NCBI GenBank assembly: GCA_964016885.1
Contig: OZ024742.1
Coordinates: forward strand, 144,646,001 to 144,710,000
Reading direction: 5' to 3'
DNA length: 64,000 bases
From: Eledone cirrhosa
Taxonomy: Eukaryota
How positions within the stretch are numbered: the stretch's first letter is position 1; every line of letters starts with the position of its first letter. The notes under the pieces are model-generated. The model saw only the letters and a list, made by a program, of their open reading frames with translations. It was not told the DNA's origin and did no database searches. This document shows positions 1 through 11,955 of this stretch, piece by piece. The translations under genes were made by a program, and so were the position numbers.

Positions 1-1100
1 AAATGTGATATGGTATCAGATGCCTAATACACTGTTTCTCTTCTCTCAATTGATTGCATTAAGAATATTAACATTTTTAACGAGATATTCGACACTTGAT
101 ACTTTCTAAGAAAACGCCTTAACTAAAAGAGGAACGTAAACGTACTTAACAACCGAAATTATATATCTGGTGAGTTAATCAACTCTACGCAAACATAATA
201 TTCACTGAGGGATTTATATCACACCCACTAAACACCGATGAATTCGAATATATATGTTGCTTCAATGAAAAGAACGTCCAACCTTATCTAAGGCAGTTAC
301 GAATATATTCAAAAGAACTGCAATATGAACTTAGCAAAATAGTTATGCAACACTTTAGTTTCGCCTTTTTGTCCAAAATATTTTCCTCTTTCCTTCTTTT
401 ATACTTTTATAAATGCTACATGTATTCAGCCATCCTCGTACCATTTCTATTAGATAGAATGGTATTGGAAACTATTTTCGTTTTACGTATACAAATTTAA
501 TTTCAGGTAAATGCAATCTGTTTCTACTCCTTTTACCCCAATTAGCTTATGTAATTTTGTTGATGACGAGTGATTTTGCTAGTTTCATCCAGAAGCGGCT
601 TTTATATAATAAGGAACAGCGAATGTTATTAGAATTACTACTGTGTTTATTTATTTTTTCTTATTATTGAATCACATCATCGATGGCTGTTTTCTGCATC
701 ATTTTTATTGTACTTTGCTTTTTGTTCTTTCAAGTTCCGCCTGGCACTATACAAGAATGTTATGTCAATCAAAGTAAGAACTTGTTCTCAGGTTATTCTA
801 CGCCCGGTTAATATTCTAGCAATGCTATCTAAAAAAATATACATTAAGAAAAATATATTTCATCACCTGAAGAGCTTTTTGCAAATATCCCCTGTATATT
901 CCGTATCTGTCTTATTGTACATTCTAATGTATAAATACGTGTATACATACGAGTGTGCATTGTTTTTTTATATGTCTGCAAGTAGACATATAGACATATG
1001 TATATATATAATTGTTTGTGGTTTTAGCAAAATACAACAACAATGACTCTTATATTTGCAAAGATTTTATGTATACGCATATGTACAATTGTGCATGAAT

Positions 1101-1168
<68 letters not shown>

Positions 1169-1379
1169 TAAATATGTGTGCAATACAGTTGGAATCCGTA
1201 TTGTATCAATCTATATATACTTATATATGAATATATTTATATGCTTTTAGGTAGTAAAGTGTTGTAAATCATGTGTATCTGTAGGTGTATGTACATCAGT
1301 GTATGAATGTATTCTATTGTCAAACAGCATATGTATTTATTCACAAGTATTTCTCTGAGTAATTGTGAGCATATATATG

Positions 1380-2400
1380 TATTTCGGGCATTCTGCCACG
1401 AATGCTCTTTCTTTTCATAATAGCTGTATATTCAATCAAAATTCTATGTTTCGATTTTCCTTACGGGTAAGCCCTCTATGGTACTTGCTTCGATATCATT
1501 TCTGAAAAGAAGATACTCATGGTTAGATAGATTTGGTGGAGTTGCCTTTTGTATTATATGGATTATTCTGTGAATGGGGATACACAGTAATTGTATTGTA
1601 GTTGTTTACCAGTATCTTTCTGGTTTCTGAGGAAGTTTGGTTATTTCCAAAACAAATCATACTAGTTTTAAAATGTTGACGGTCGAACGAAATCGTGAAT
1701 CCATAGAGAATAATAATCTGTGAATCAAAGACTAGAATATTCGAATACAGAATTTTATCATCTTTGACAAAATATAGCAGCAGTAGCAGCAATATAAAGG
1801 ACCTCCAGCTGTTGCGATGTCGGTACCATTTCATGTAATAGCAAATTCTAAAATATATTATTCAAACTTGTGTAAGGTGGCGCTTTGATGAGAATTATTT
1901 TACAACTGTTTGTGCATGTTTTTTTTTAATAAAGAAAGGAACAAAAAATCCATTCATGCTGTTTCAGGCATTGTTCATACTTTTTCAAGTTAAAAAAAAA
2001 TGCGCCAAAGTCTTTCGTTAAATCATATAAAATTTTAAGTAATCTTTAGTAATTTGTTACCATGTCTGGCTAATGAATCGTTGGTTATAGCCTTCAGAAT
2101 GAAAAGGAGATAATTGCCCATTACAAGATCTGACAAAATCAACTGAAACCAATATAACGTGATACTGCACCTGAATCTGTGTTAGGAAAATTTATTAGTT
2201 ATAAATCTAGAAATACGGCTGATTAACCGAGACAGTGTTAATTAGCTCTTGGTTACACAAGATTATTGAAAAAACTTAATAGGGAAAAATTATTACCTTT
2301 GGATAGTGTTCAATGGAGTTTTTGTTTGTCTGAGTAGCGATGTGTGTTGGGAGTTTAATTTAGTGCTCTCGGGAGTCGATTTTAGTAATTTAGATTCGAT
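1380..2400 (-). pseudogene. Highly decayed Penelope-like reverse transcriptase remnant
   Basis: Broken minus-strand frames give GTDIATAGGPLY (cf. PLE GTAMG..AP.Y), HSQNNPY and RGLPVRKI in PLE order. Many stops and frameshifts. Confidence 0.35.
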
Positions 2401-2438
2401 AATAGTCCAACAATAACCATTTATCACGAATAGAAAAG

Positions 2439-2553
<115 letters not shown>

Positions 2554-3419
2554 TAATTTGAAAAAAGTGAAGTTAACAAGATACAACTTCGAGTAAACAT
2601 CGTCCTTGAGTAAATATAAACGATAGCGATTTGAGTCTACAACTAGATTTATTTCTATTCATGGTTGTTGCTAATTACTTTGAGGAATACACGAATCCTT
2701 ATATAAATCTGAAATATTTCTAAAAAGAAGCTGACAATCACTTAAAAAATTCATTAAATGACCATTTATTATTCAAGACGGTATAGCTTGGTGTAAATTG
2801 AAGTAAATTTGGCTGAGCTTTCTAGCAGGTTCAGAGATCACGTAGAGGTTTCCTTGTCTGTTTGTTAAAGAAAAGGCTCTAACTATGACTGCGTTACTGA
2901 TTAAACTACAGAGAAGCGGTCCTCAGTTTTTTAATGATTAGTATACTCAACAAAGCTTCCTTCAAGTCAATGATATATTAATTTGTTTTTATAATTTTTG
3001 TACCGCTTTTTTGTGAAGAATACTGTGGTTAGTTACAGAATACCAGCATATCGATAATTTGATTATTCCATTTATGACAAGGAAAGTGAAAAAGAGGATT
3101 TGCGCAGCTCGCGGGGAAAATATTTCAAGGGTCATTTTGTTTGAAAGGACCATCTTATTGGATTTTCTTGCTGATGTTTACATCTTTCGCCGATATATAT
3201 CTGCGAATTATGTACACATACGCACAAATATGTATATAATTGATGGTTTTCCAAAAGGGTTCGGAAAAATCAATATGCGAATGAAACAGTTCTGAAATAG
3301 AAATAGAAGGCTTCACCGTAACATTTGACCAAATGAAATAGTCTAATGACGTGTCATATAAACCCACTGAACAGAAAAAGATGGGTATCAGCACGTATAT
3401 ATATATGTATGTATGTGTC

Positions 3420-4490
3420 TATTCCGAGTCCCTACATTAAATTATTAGAATTTTCTCAGTCCCTACGCCTAAAAGAGTATGCACTCTGGGTAAATCTAAT
3501 ATTAAACTCATTAGTTGTTAAACCCGTATAATTCCTCTGGATATCATCTGTTGGTACGAGGGCGGCTGTATAAAACTTTGAAAGGTACGATCCTTTCAGA
3601 GGAGAATTGACAGGGTCTCACCAGTTACTTGTGTGTGTGTTGTGTGGGTGCGTCATTTTTTCTGTTATACCAAGCGAAATTGAAAGTAATCCTATCTAGA
3701 CAGGAGTAGCTAGCTTTACTCTTGTGCAAATTGAAGAGTTTATGGTCACTGTGGCTGTGCGGGTAATGTCTGCTAAGTAGGTACAAGAAGCTGTTAGTTA
3801 TATTCGTAAATAGTATACATCTAGATTAAATGTAGGGTTGAACCAAGTTAGATTTCTCTTACTAACTCACTTTGGAGTGGATGGGTTGTTCTCCATGTAT
3901 ATTAGTTTATCCTTAACCCCACGCCCTGTTAGAGCCTCGTTGTAATGAATGCAGCCTCCTCAACGATTCTTTTGTCGGATGATAAGCTACAGATTATTTT
4001 GTTAATCTCAAGGTTCCTAACAATTGCTGAGGGCTTCCTTCTAACAAATTCTACTTGAAGAATATGACATTAGAATCGATTCCGGAGCCACGTAGTTCCG
4101 AAGATAGCTTCTGAAACACACATCTGTGAATGCGTCCATTCTTATTCATATTTCACCTGCTTTTGTTCTTCTTTTATAATTTTCAGTCATTGGACTGTAT
4201 TCTAGTCGACTCCAGAATATATTTTCACTCTGGTACTTATTTTAATAAATCTATATTTGTAATCAATTGTCTAAGGTATCATTTTTACACAAAACTGTTT
4301 TTTTTATATAAGCATGAGTGTTGTGTAAAACACATCAACGCGTACAAATACAGTGTTAGCTATCATTTTCCAGTTTGCAAGGAACAATGTTTAAATGACA
4401 TAGTGTGAGCTCTGCCAATATATCCAGTATATTTGAAATCATACTCGATAGTATTACATTCAAAAGAAATCTTTTTTCAACTGTCCTGAT
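3420..4490 (-). pseudogene. Decayed Penelope-like RT/GIY-YIG remnant
   Basis: Minus-strand fragments resemble DV..LYT.IPH, S.HP and C..C...Y.GET...L.ER motifs. No intact ORF. Confidence 0.4.
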
Positions 4491-4719
4491 GAGGTTTTCT
4501 CCCGTTTTGGTTCTTTCTATTATATTATAATTATTGCCAATTGTAAAATAAGAAATATATCTAAAAATGTTCTTCCTCTTCTTTTTCTTCTGTCTTTTTT
4601 TTTCTATTTCTATTTATGCTTTTCATTTTCTATTTTGTTCGTCTGGTTTTCCCGGTATTCTTCTATTTCTCTTCTTCCAGTCATTGTTATTCTCCTTCCT
4701 CTATCATTCCTCCACCTCC

Positions 4720-5545
4720 CACCCTCCTCCTCCTCCTCCTCCTCCTCCTCATCATCATCATCTTCATCATCATCATCACCCTGACCCTGTTCTACCTTCT
4801 CTTCTTCTCCCTCCCCCCCCAACTACTTCTCCTTCTCCACCTCCTCCTTCTTCTTATCATCATCATCATCATCATCATCATTATTATTATTCCATTTCCC
4901 TCATATGTATTTTTTATCTTCTATTTTGTTTTCCCACCCACTTTCGTTTTCTGTCCGTTCCAAATTTTCTATATTTTTTCTTTCTTTTCTTTTCTTTTCT
5001 TTTCTTTTCTTTTCTTTTCTTTTCTTTTCCTTTCTTTTCCTTTCCTTTCCTTTCCTTTCTTTTCCTTTCTTTTCCTTTCTTTCCCCATCTTTTACCGTTT
5101 TCTTCCCTTTACTATCTTTTCTCGCCTTATGTATTTTAAACGTATCCTTTTGTTCACATATCCTCCTCCTCCTCCTCCTTCTCCTCCTCCTCCTCCTCCA
5201 CCACCTCCTCCTCCTCCTCCTCCTCCTCCACTACCTCCTCCCACCCTATCCTTCTCTCCTTCTCCTACACCTCCTTCCTCCTCATTATCATCACCATCAT
5301 CGTCATCATAATTATGGTCGTCGTCATCATCATCATCGTCATCATCATCATCACCATCATCATCGTCATCATCATCATGGTCGTCGTCATTATGATCCTC
5401 ATCATCATCATCATCATCATAATCGTCATCATCATAATCATCGTTATCATGTATCATCATCATCATCATCATCATCATCGCCATCGTAATTATCATCACC
5501 GTAATCATCATCATCATCATCATCACCTCATTCAACTTCATTTGT
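4720..5545. repeat. Compound simple repeats (CCT)n, (CAT)n, (TTTTC)n
   Basis: Directly visible; source of the poly-P/H/I pseudo-ORFs. Confidence 0.95.
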
Positions 5546-5575
5546 AACACACACACATAATATATATATATATAT

Positions 5576-6345
5576 ACTAGCTGAATTACCTGGCGTTGCC
5601 CGGGTTATTGCTGTTCTTATTCAGATTAGTAAACAATAAATATGAAGATAGATATTTTGAAATAATTATAAGAAAAAATACATATTTTATGAAAAACAAA
5701 AATCAAAATTGTAATGATAATTGAATTTAGAAATGAAAATCTGTCAATCTTGAAACACCTTAGGGTAAACAATATTCATTGTGTAATTTTCTTGTTGGTG
5801 TCCAAATGAATAAATTGCTGCTACACACTCACACACATACACTTTCACATACACTTTCCCATACACTCACGTACATATACTAAGACAGACACACACAGGC
5901 ATACATTCACGCACACATATTACTTGTCTGTCAACACATATGTATCTGTATGTGTAGATGTGTGTGTGTGTGTAATTGTCCGTGTTTGAAGATAATGTGT
6001 ATGCAACTTACTAAGGCTATATTTCTGTGTAGATGTGTGTGTGTGTGTGTGTTTAATTCTCTGAGGCCTAACGTACGTAACGAACTCGCAAACACACACA
6101 CTCACAGACACATACACACTCATATACAAAATGTGACGTCGTAGTCGTGGTGTACTATAGTCGACTATAGAAATATTACTTTAGATAAAATGATATTTTG
6201 TTTTAATCCAAATGAAAATAAAAATTGCATGTTGATACTCCGGGGGTTTAATACTATTACCTTGTAAAATTTGATTTGATTTGGTCCAGCCGTTTGAGAA
6301 TGCATAGTAACAGACAGAGAGACAGAGAGACAAAGACATGACAGA
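5576..6345 (+). mobile_element. Non-autonomous Helitron-like (Lep1-type) element
   Basis: Starts ACTAGCTG..ACCTGGCGTTGCCCGGG (small 5' hairpin) and ends AAATTTG...TGGTCCAGCCGTTT...ACAGACAGAG repeats, resembling Lep1-like rolling-circle derivatives (from recall). Confidence 0.5.
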
Positions 6346-8357
6346 ATTGTTAAAATGGAATGTAGTTACGGTTGTTACGTTTGAAGTTAAAATCCAACTG
6401 AGGCCAACTTAAGGGGCCGATGAAATAGAGTATCAGTCAAGTAATGGGTCTAACCCTACCCCATCTCCCCAAATAACTTCAGTTCTTATGTCAAAATTAG
6501 AAGCTATACCCACGCACAAATTTAGGTCCACACTGTTTTATTCTGGAGAGTTAAGTTTTTTCACCTTTCCGACTTCGGTAGCCAAAGTTGTCATTACTGT
6601 GTCTCTAAGGTAATCATCTAACCATCGGTGATTTATTTTTTCCGCGCTCACTTCGGAATGCCCCTCGCTTATCTCCCCTCCCTCCCCAAAGCCTATAACA
6701 ATTTCACAAATTCAAAAATAGCGAATCAAATATGTGAAAGAAACACGTCTTACTAGATTTTGATCTGTTCCCACTGTCATGGCAGTGAGACCAATACTGT
6801 TCGTAGCCATAGCATTTTGGTTACTTCAATTGTCTGGGCAACTGTGACAAATTCGACAATGACAACAACAATAACATCAAACACGACGACAACAACTACA
6901 GGAGTGATGGTATACTTATAACCTTCAAAAGAAGTCACTTCCCTATAGGAAACAACAGCACCCGCAGCAGCAATGAAAGCGCTAGCAACAGCAACAGCAA
7001 CAGCAACAACTAAAACTTTAGAAATAAGAACACTAACGGCACAATTGACAGACGGAAACAATTGAAAAAGACCAACAGTAACAACAAAAGCAGCAGTAAC
7101 AACAGCGACAACAACAACGATGACCAGTACACCAATCGCAAGTTTGAAATACCACCAGCAGCAACTGCAACAACGTTTTCAAAATGGCAGCGAAAAGGTT
7201 TAATAAAAGTTTGAACCATATCGACATTACAATTATCACGGAAGTTACACATACACGTGCAGTTTGCCCCTCCATTCTGTCGATCAGCAGCAACTTGACG
7301 ATATCATTAAACCCAGCTTGAACGCAGTTAATTACTGGAGCTGGAGCTGGAGTGAGGGGGTGGAAAAAATATGGGATGGCATTACAATCTCTCTGTAAAA
7401 TGTGACCTACAGCGATAATTTCGCCAGCGGCAATCTGGGAAATCCGTGTCAGACACAGGCTTTGTTACCTCACAAGTTGGTAAAGTACAGGCTTCTCTCC
7501 GATAGGTTTCTTGTCGATCGCATTGTGATAAAAACATCTGGTTTGACAAGCCCTAGAACCACATCTATACTCATTTTGATCGGAATGGAGATGGTCATTC
7601 GCAAGAACAAGTCTTACAAAGTAGACTGGTTCTTTCAGCGCATCTCTCTCACCATCATTTGAAGCGATGCATTCGCCCTTTTGTCCACCGTGACAATGAA
7701 ACACGAGAAACTATGCTTCCTTTCCTTTATTGTATTCATGAAATAAAAATTTCGTATTCTATTAAATTAATGACTTTTGCAACAATATAAAGAACTTTCT
7801 GAAAACGACTTTCTCAGAATTCCTGAATGATAAATTGATGTCTTACAACAACGAAATCTCTATATGGTCGATCGGACCGGCTAGAAATACTCGCTAAATC
7901 CTGCACAGCCTGCACATTAACATATTAAAAAAGAGGACACATTGGGAAATACAATTATGAATCGAAAAAAAGATAAAACAAATAAAAAGACGGATTTTTT
8001 TAATCATGGTGCTGTCTGCGCAATCAGAACAGATTTGGTGGAGAGAGTTAGATAAAAAAAAAACAACAAAAAAAAAAAACAACAGCAGCAGAAGTAGCAA
8101 CAAGAAAAACAACATATTGAGAATAATAGAGAATTCCTGATGATAAATTGCAATCTGATATAGGTTGATAAATAGAAATTTCAGATTACAGAGCATAATA
8201 GACAGACTGTGCGAATTAAATTAAATTAAATTCGGTGCATGTAAACATATCTAGTTATATTATCTCACAGAGAAGACAAATCGGAGTTCAAAGAAATTAG
8301 TTAAATGTGAAATCATATGTTTGTACACACACACAATCAGTCACCACGCGCGTGCAA

Positions 8358-8442
<85 letters not shown>

Positions 8443-8499
8443 TATATTCAGAGCCATGTATGTTTTATGTATATATGTATATATATATTATAAATTTGT

Positions 8500-9600
8500 G
8501 AAAGTTTGTCAGTGTGTGTGTCCAACGCTTTCCCCATATTGCATGGAGCTACCATCTGTTTCTCTACTGCCACTACGGCTTTTATTTCGCTATTTTCCAT
8601 ACTCTTGATTTAAAATCTCCTAAGATTTGTTGGTCGATGGTACTGTGTCCAGGTAGCTAGACAGTGAATCGTAGAACTCCCCTTTCGTAATTTATTCGTC
8701 TGCTATTGTAGGACTATAAGCACTGAAAACAGTTATACTTCGGTTTCTATTCAGGGTTAGTCTCATCTCTATTAGCCTGGCAGATACAGTGACAAAAAAC
8801 GAGATCACGTTGGCCAGATCTACACCAACTTTATTCTGTACTGCATTCTCATATCCTGACCAGAAATTGTAGTTCCGCTTTCTTAACACCCTTTCTCCTC
8901 CTAGTTATGTCGTCGGCAGTGAAATAGTGTGATCCATAACACATAAATTCCCCATCTACTATAACAGATCTTCGCTCTGACTTCCCAGAATTGGCTCCAC
9001 CCAGTACCATTCTGAAATTCAAAGTTTTAAGATTAAACTGTGCTTACTTCTTTATTCTTTCTTGCATTTTGACTACAGTAATGGAGAGCCACCGAGTGTG
9101 GTAGCCTAGTTAAGTTACGTTCAAATAAGCGGATGGTTTTTATTCGCCTTTTATTGGGATGTTCAGGGTTCGGGGATTGCATTGCAATACTTAAATGTCT
9201 GTTCATTTCAGCTGCACCATGGGCAGCTGTCACTATTTAATCTATCCATGGTCATATCACACAAGTCCCAAGTGTGCAGATTTCTGGTTAGAAGCTGCTA
9301 GCATTTCAAACCTGCCACTGTCAGCCGTTATCTATCGCTACTGAACTTTCTATTCATACTCTATGCCTTCGCTCCAGTTTTAGGGGCCAATAAAATCATG
9401 AGCAGACATAGACATCCACTCGGCCCTTGCACCCTTTGCCTAGGGAAACATCAAAGATATGGCTGCTGAAGGAAGAAAGGGCTGCATCTTTTTAACCTGT
9501 AGATGGAAACCCGATTGATTCGAAGGCTACCTTTGTCCGCTATCGTCATAGGGTATGCACAGCTTTTTAGAGGACCGACAATGTTAAAGGTTGGGTCACG
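8500..9600 (-). mobile_element. Decayed RTE-clade LINE, 5' part (UTR plus APE endonuclease)
   Basis: ORF 8692-8889 SARLIEMRLTLNRNRSITVFSAYSPTIADE matches the RTE APE motif S.RL..MRL...T.ISAYAPT...E. Confidence 0.65.
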
Positions 9601-9762
9601 GCACTCAAGTGAATGTTGTCGATATTGTTTTTTAATTGCTTATTAGGCATCAAGCTGATTTATTCGCAACCAGTTTCAATATCTAGAAGCCGTTCCAATA
9701 TAAGTTACGCGTGGGCGTGCCCTATACCAATACAGCTCTGCAAATAACTATAGAAGTAGTTG

Positions 9763-9803
<41 letters not shown>

Positions 9804-10287
9804 ACACGCACATATGTATGTAGGTATGTACGTATTTATGCCTGTATGTGTTTACTTAAGTATATATGTATGTGAATGCGTGTGCTTGTGGGCACGTGTG
9901 CTCGCTACTCGCCTGCGTATGTATGCATGTGTGTCATTTTCGACCAGTACATGTAAGTACGCGTGTTTATAAGCGAACCTTTTACTTGATTCACGAGCTT
10001 TTGTATATGAAATATTACATTTAGTGATTAGAATGATATTTTCGTACGTATGCTAATCTATATTGTCGACCAATTTGGAATTCAAAAATAAATTAAAGAC
10101 GGAATCTAAAATTAGAGAGCGTCCGTTCTCTTCATTGACTTTCCAATACTATTCTCCCAAGAAATTCTGAAAATCGTGTGCTTCAAAAGATATCACAATA
10201 GACTTTTTATCTCTCAATCTCTGTTCTAAAAAGAGTCAGGATCAAAAATACTTTACGTAGGTGGCGTTGGTGTGCGTATTGTGCTTA

Positions 10288-10325
<38 letters not shown>

Positions 10326-10409
10326 GTTATTCCGGGTTGAATCGGAGGTAACCACAGTAAATAATGTACTCAATACATAGCAGAGTATAAATGTTTTAAT
10401 ATACATGAG

Positions 10410-10456
10410 ATTCTACAGGACTAGAACTGTTTCATTCTTTAGAAATCATCAGGAAT
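10410..10456 (-). ncRNA. Type I hammerhead ribozyme
   Basis: Reverse complement reads ATTC-CTGATGA-TTTCTAAAGAAT-GAAA-CAG ttctagtc CTG-TA|GAAT: stem I ATTC/GAAT, stem II TTC/GAA, stem III ACAG/CTGT, GUA site. Confidence 0.8.
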
Positions 10457-10464
10457 CATCAGGA

Positions 10465-10511
10465 ATTCCTGATGATTTCTAAAGAATGAAACAGTTCTAG
10501 TCCTGTAGAAT
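10465..10511 (+). ncRNA. Type I hammerhead ribozyme
   Basis: ATTC CTGATGA(10469-75) T-TTC TAAA GAA-T GAAA(10488-91) CAG..CTG, GTA(10505-07) GAAT. All core nucleotides and three stems present. Confidence 0.8.
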
Positions 10512-10525
10512 CTCATCTATATTAA

Positions 10526-10590
<65 letters not shown>

Positions 10591-10667
10591 ACGAAGGAAA
10601 TGTGGTAAGGAACCAGATGGACCACAACGCACCAAAGTACTCAATAGTTAGGGTAGTAGAGTGGGTA

Positions 10668-10784
10668 ATAGGAACGAGTAGGACCCCGACGGCTGAGGTC
10701 AAGCCGTTTCGACGGCTAATTCTGGACTAGAATTAGCCGTCGAAACGGCTTGAGCTCAGCCGTCGGGATCCTACTCGTTCCTAT
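10668..10784. repeat. Near-perfect 117-bp palindrome carrying the 3' half of a hammerhead in each arm
   Basis: About 56-bp arms around loop GGACT. Each arm has GAAA-CGGCT...AGCCG-TC-GGG but no CTGANGA. Confidence 0.8.
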
Positions 10785-10823
10785 ATATATATAAAAGTCT
10801 AAAGTCTGTCTGAAGCCAGAAGA

Positions 10824-10885
<62 letters not shown>

Positions 10886-10893
10886 GCATTATG

Positions 10894-10949
<56 letters not shown>

Positions 10950-11269
10950 CATATTTATATATATATATGTGTAGGTATAGATGGATGTTTGTATGTATGT
11001 ACATATATGTGTGAGACGTAAGTATATTTGTGTATACCTATACACACGTATACATAAACATAAACAGACACACACACAGACACACACATACATAAATGGT
11101 TTACGATGCTTTACACCTTATACTTACAATGTCTTCTTCATATTCTGACATTAAAGAAATACTAATGACATTTCCATAAAGGAGGGTCTGCAGGGTATCA
11201 ATAGATGGCGTTGTTGTCAGGTAAGTGACACGAAGGAATCCAAAGGAAAGGTTTTCAATGGCGTGACAC

Positions 11270-11329
11270 AACTACTACTACTACTACTACTACTACTATC
11301 ACAACTGCTGCTGCTGCTGCTGATACTTA

Positions 11330-11404
<75 letters not shown>

Positions 11405-11452
11405 TACTACTACTACTACTACTACAACTGTTGCTACTGCTGATGCTGCTGA

Positions 11453-11529
<77 letters not shown>

Positions 11530-11535
11530 ATACTT

Positions 11536-11604
<69 letters not shown>

Positions 11605-11605
11605 A

Positions 11606-11642
<37 letters not shown>

Positions 11643-11656
11643 GCTGCTGCTGCTGA

Positions 11657-11688
<32 letters not shown>

Positions 11689-11702
11689 ATAATAATAATA
11701 AT
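11270..11702. repeat. Compound (CTA)n/(CTG)n microsatellite ending in (AAT)5
   Basis: Directly visible. (AAT)5 at 11688-11702 abuts the LINE 3' end. Confidence 0.95.
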
Positions 11703-11955
11703 GATTTCATTTATTGGCCACAAGGGCCGACATATAGGGGACAACACAATAGACAGGGACAGTGGGGGTTTACATAGAGATCGAGTAAGTATAAATAACA
11801 AAAAAACAAAATAACAATAAAAATACAACAATGAAAGTTCCCCAATAAGAGGGATCACCACCCAGGGTTGACTCAAGCACCCCACCAGTCCTGAGCCACC
11901 CGACGCTCCTAGGGCACCCGGGAAGGGCACCCCTCTCCTTCTCGAATTCACCAGC

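Larger units (their letters stand above)
10324..10528. mobile_element. Short PLE-pLTR-like element with fold-back palindrome (10393-10528) between (TA)n tracts
   Basis: Near-perfect inverted arms of about 64 bp, each containing a hammerhead motif. (TA)n on both sides. Confidence 0.7.

Noticed and set aside
4484-4520. CTGATGA motif (also at 8137, 37479, 42061)
   Set aside because: No correctly spaced stem II, GAAA, stem III and NUH. The 37479 match lies in RTE coding debris.
4567-5556. Long ORFs rich in P/H/I/D
   Set aside because: Translations of trinucleotide microsatellites, open in several frames on both strands.
7400-7710. Unique, moderately GC-rich segment with short ORFs and possible splice sites
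   Set aside because: No recognisable protein motif and no consistent exon frame. Cannot support a host exon without RNA-seq or homology.
11217-11951. 244-aa poly-Ser ORF after LINE ORF2
   Set aside because: LINE 3' UTR reading into the (AGT)n microsatellite, not an ORF3.
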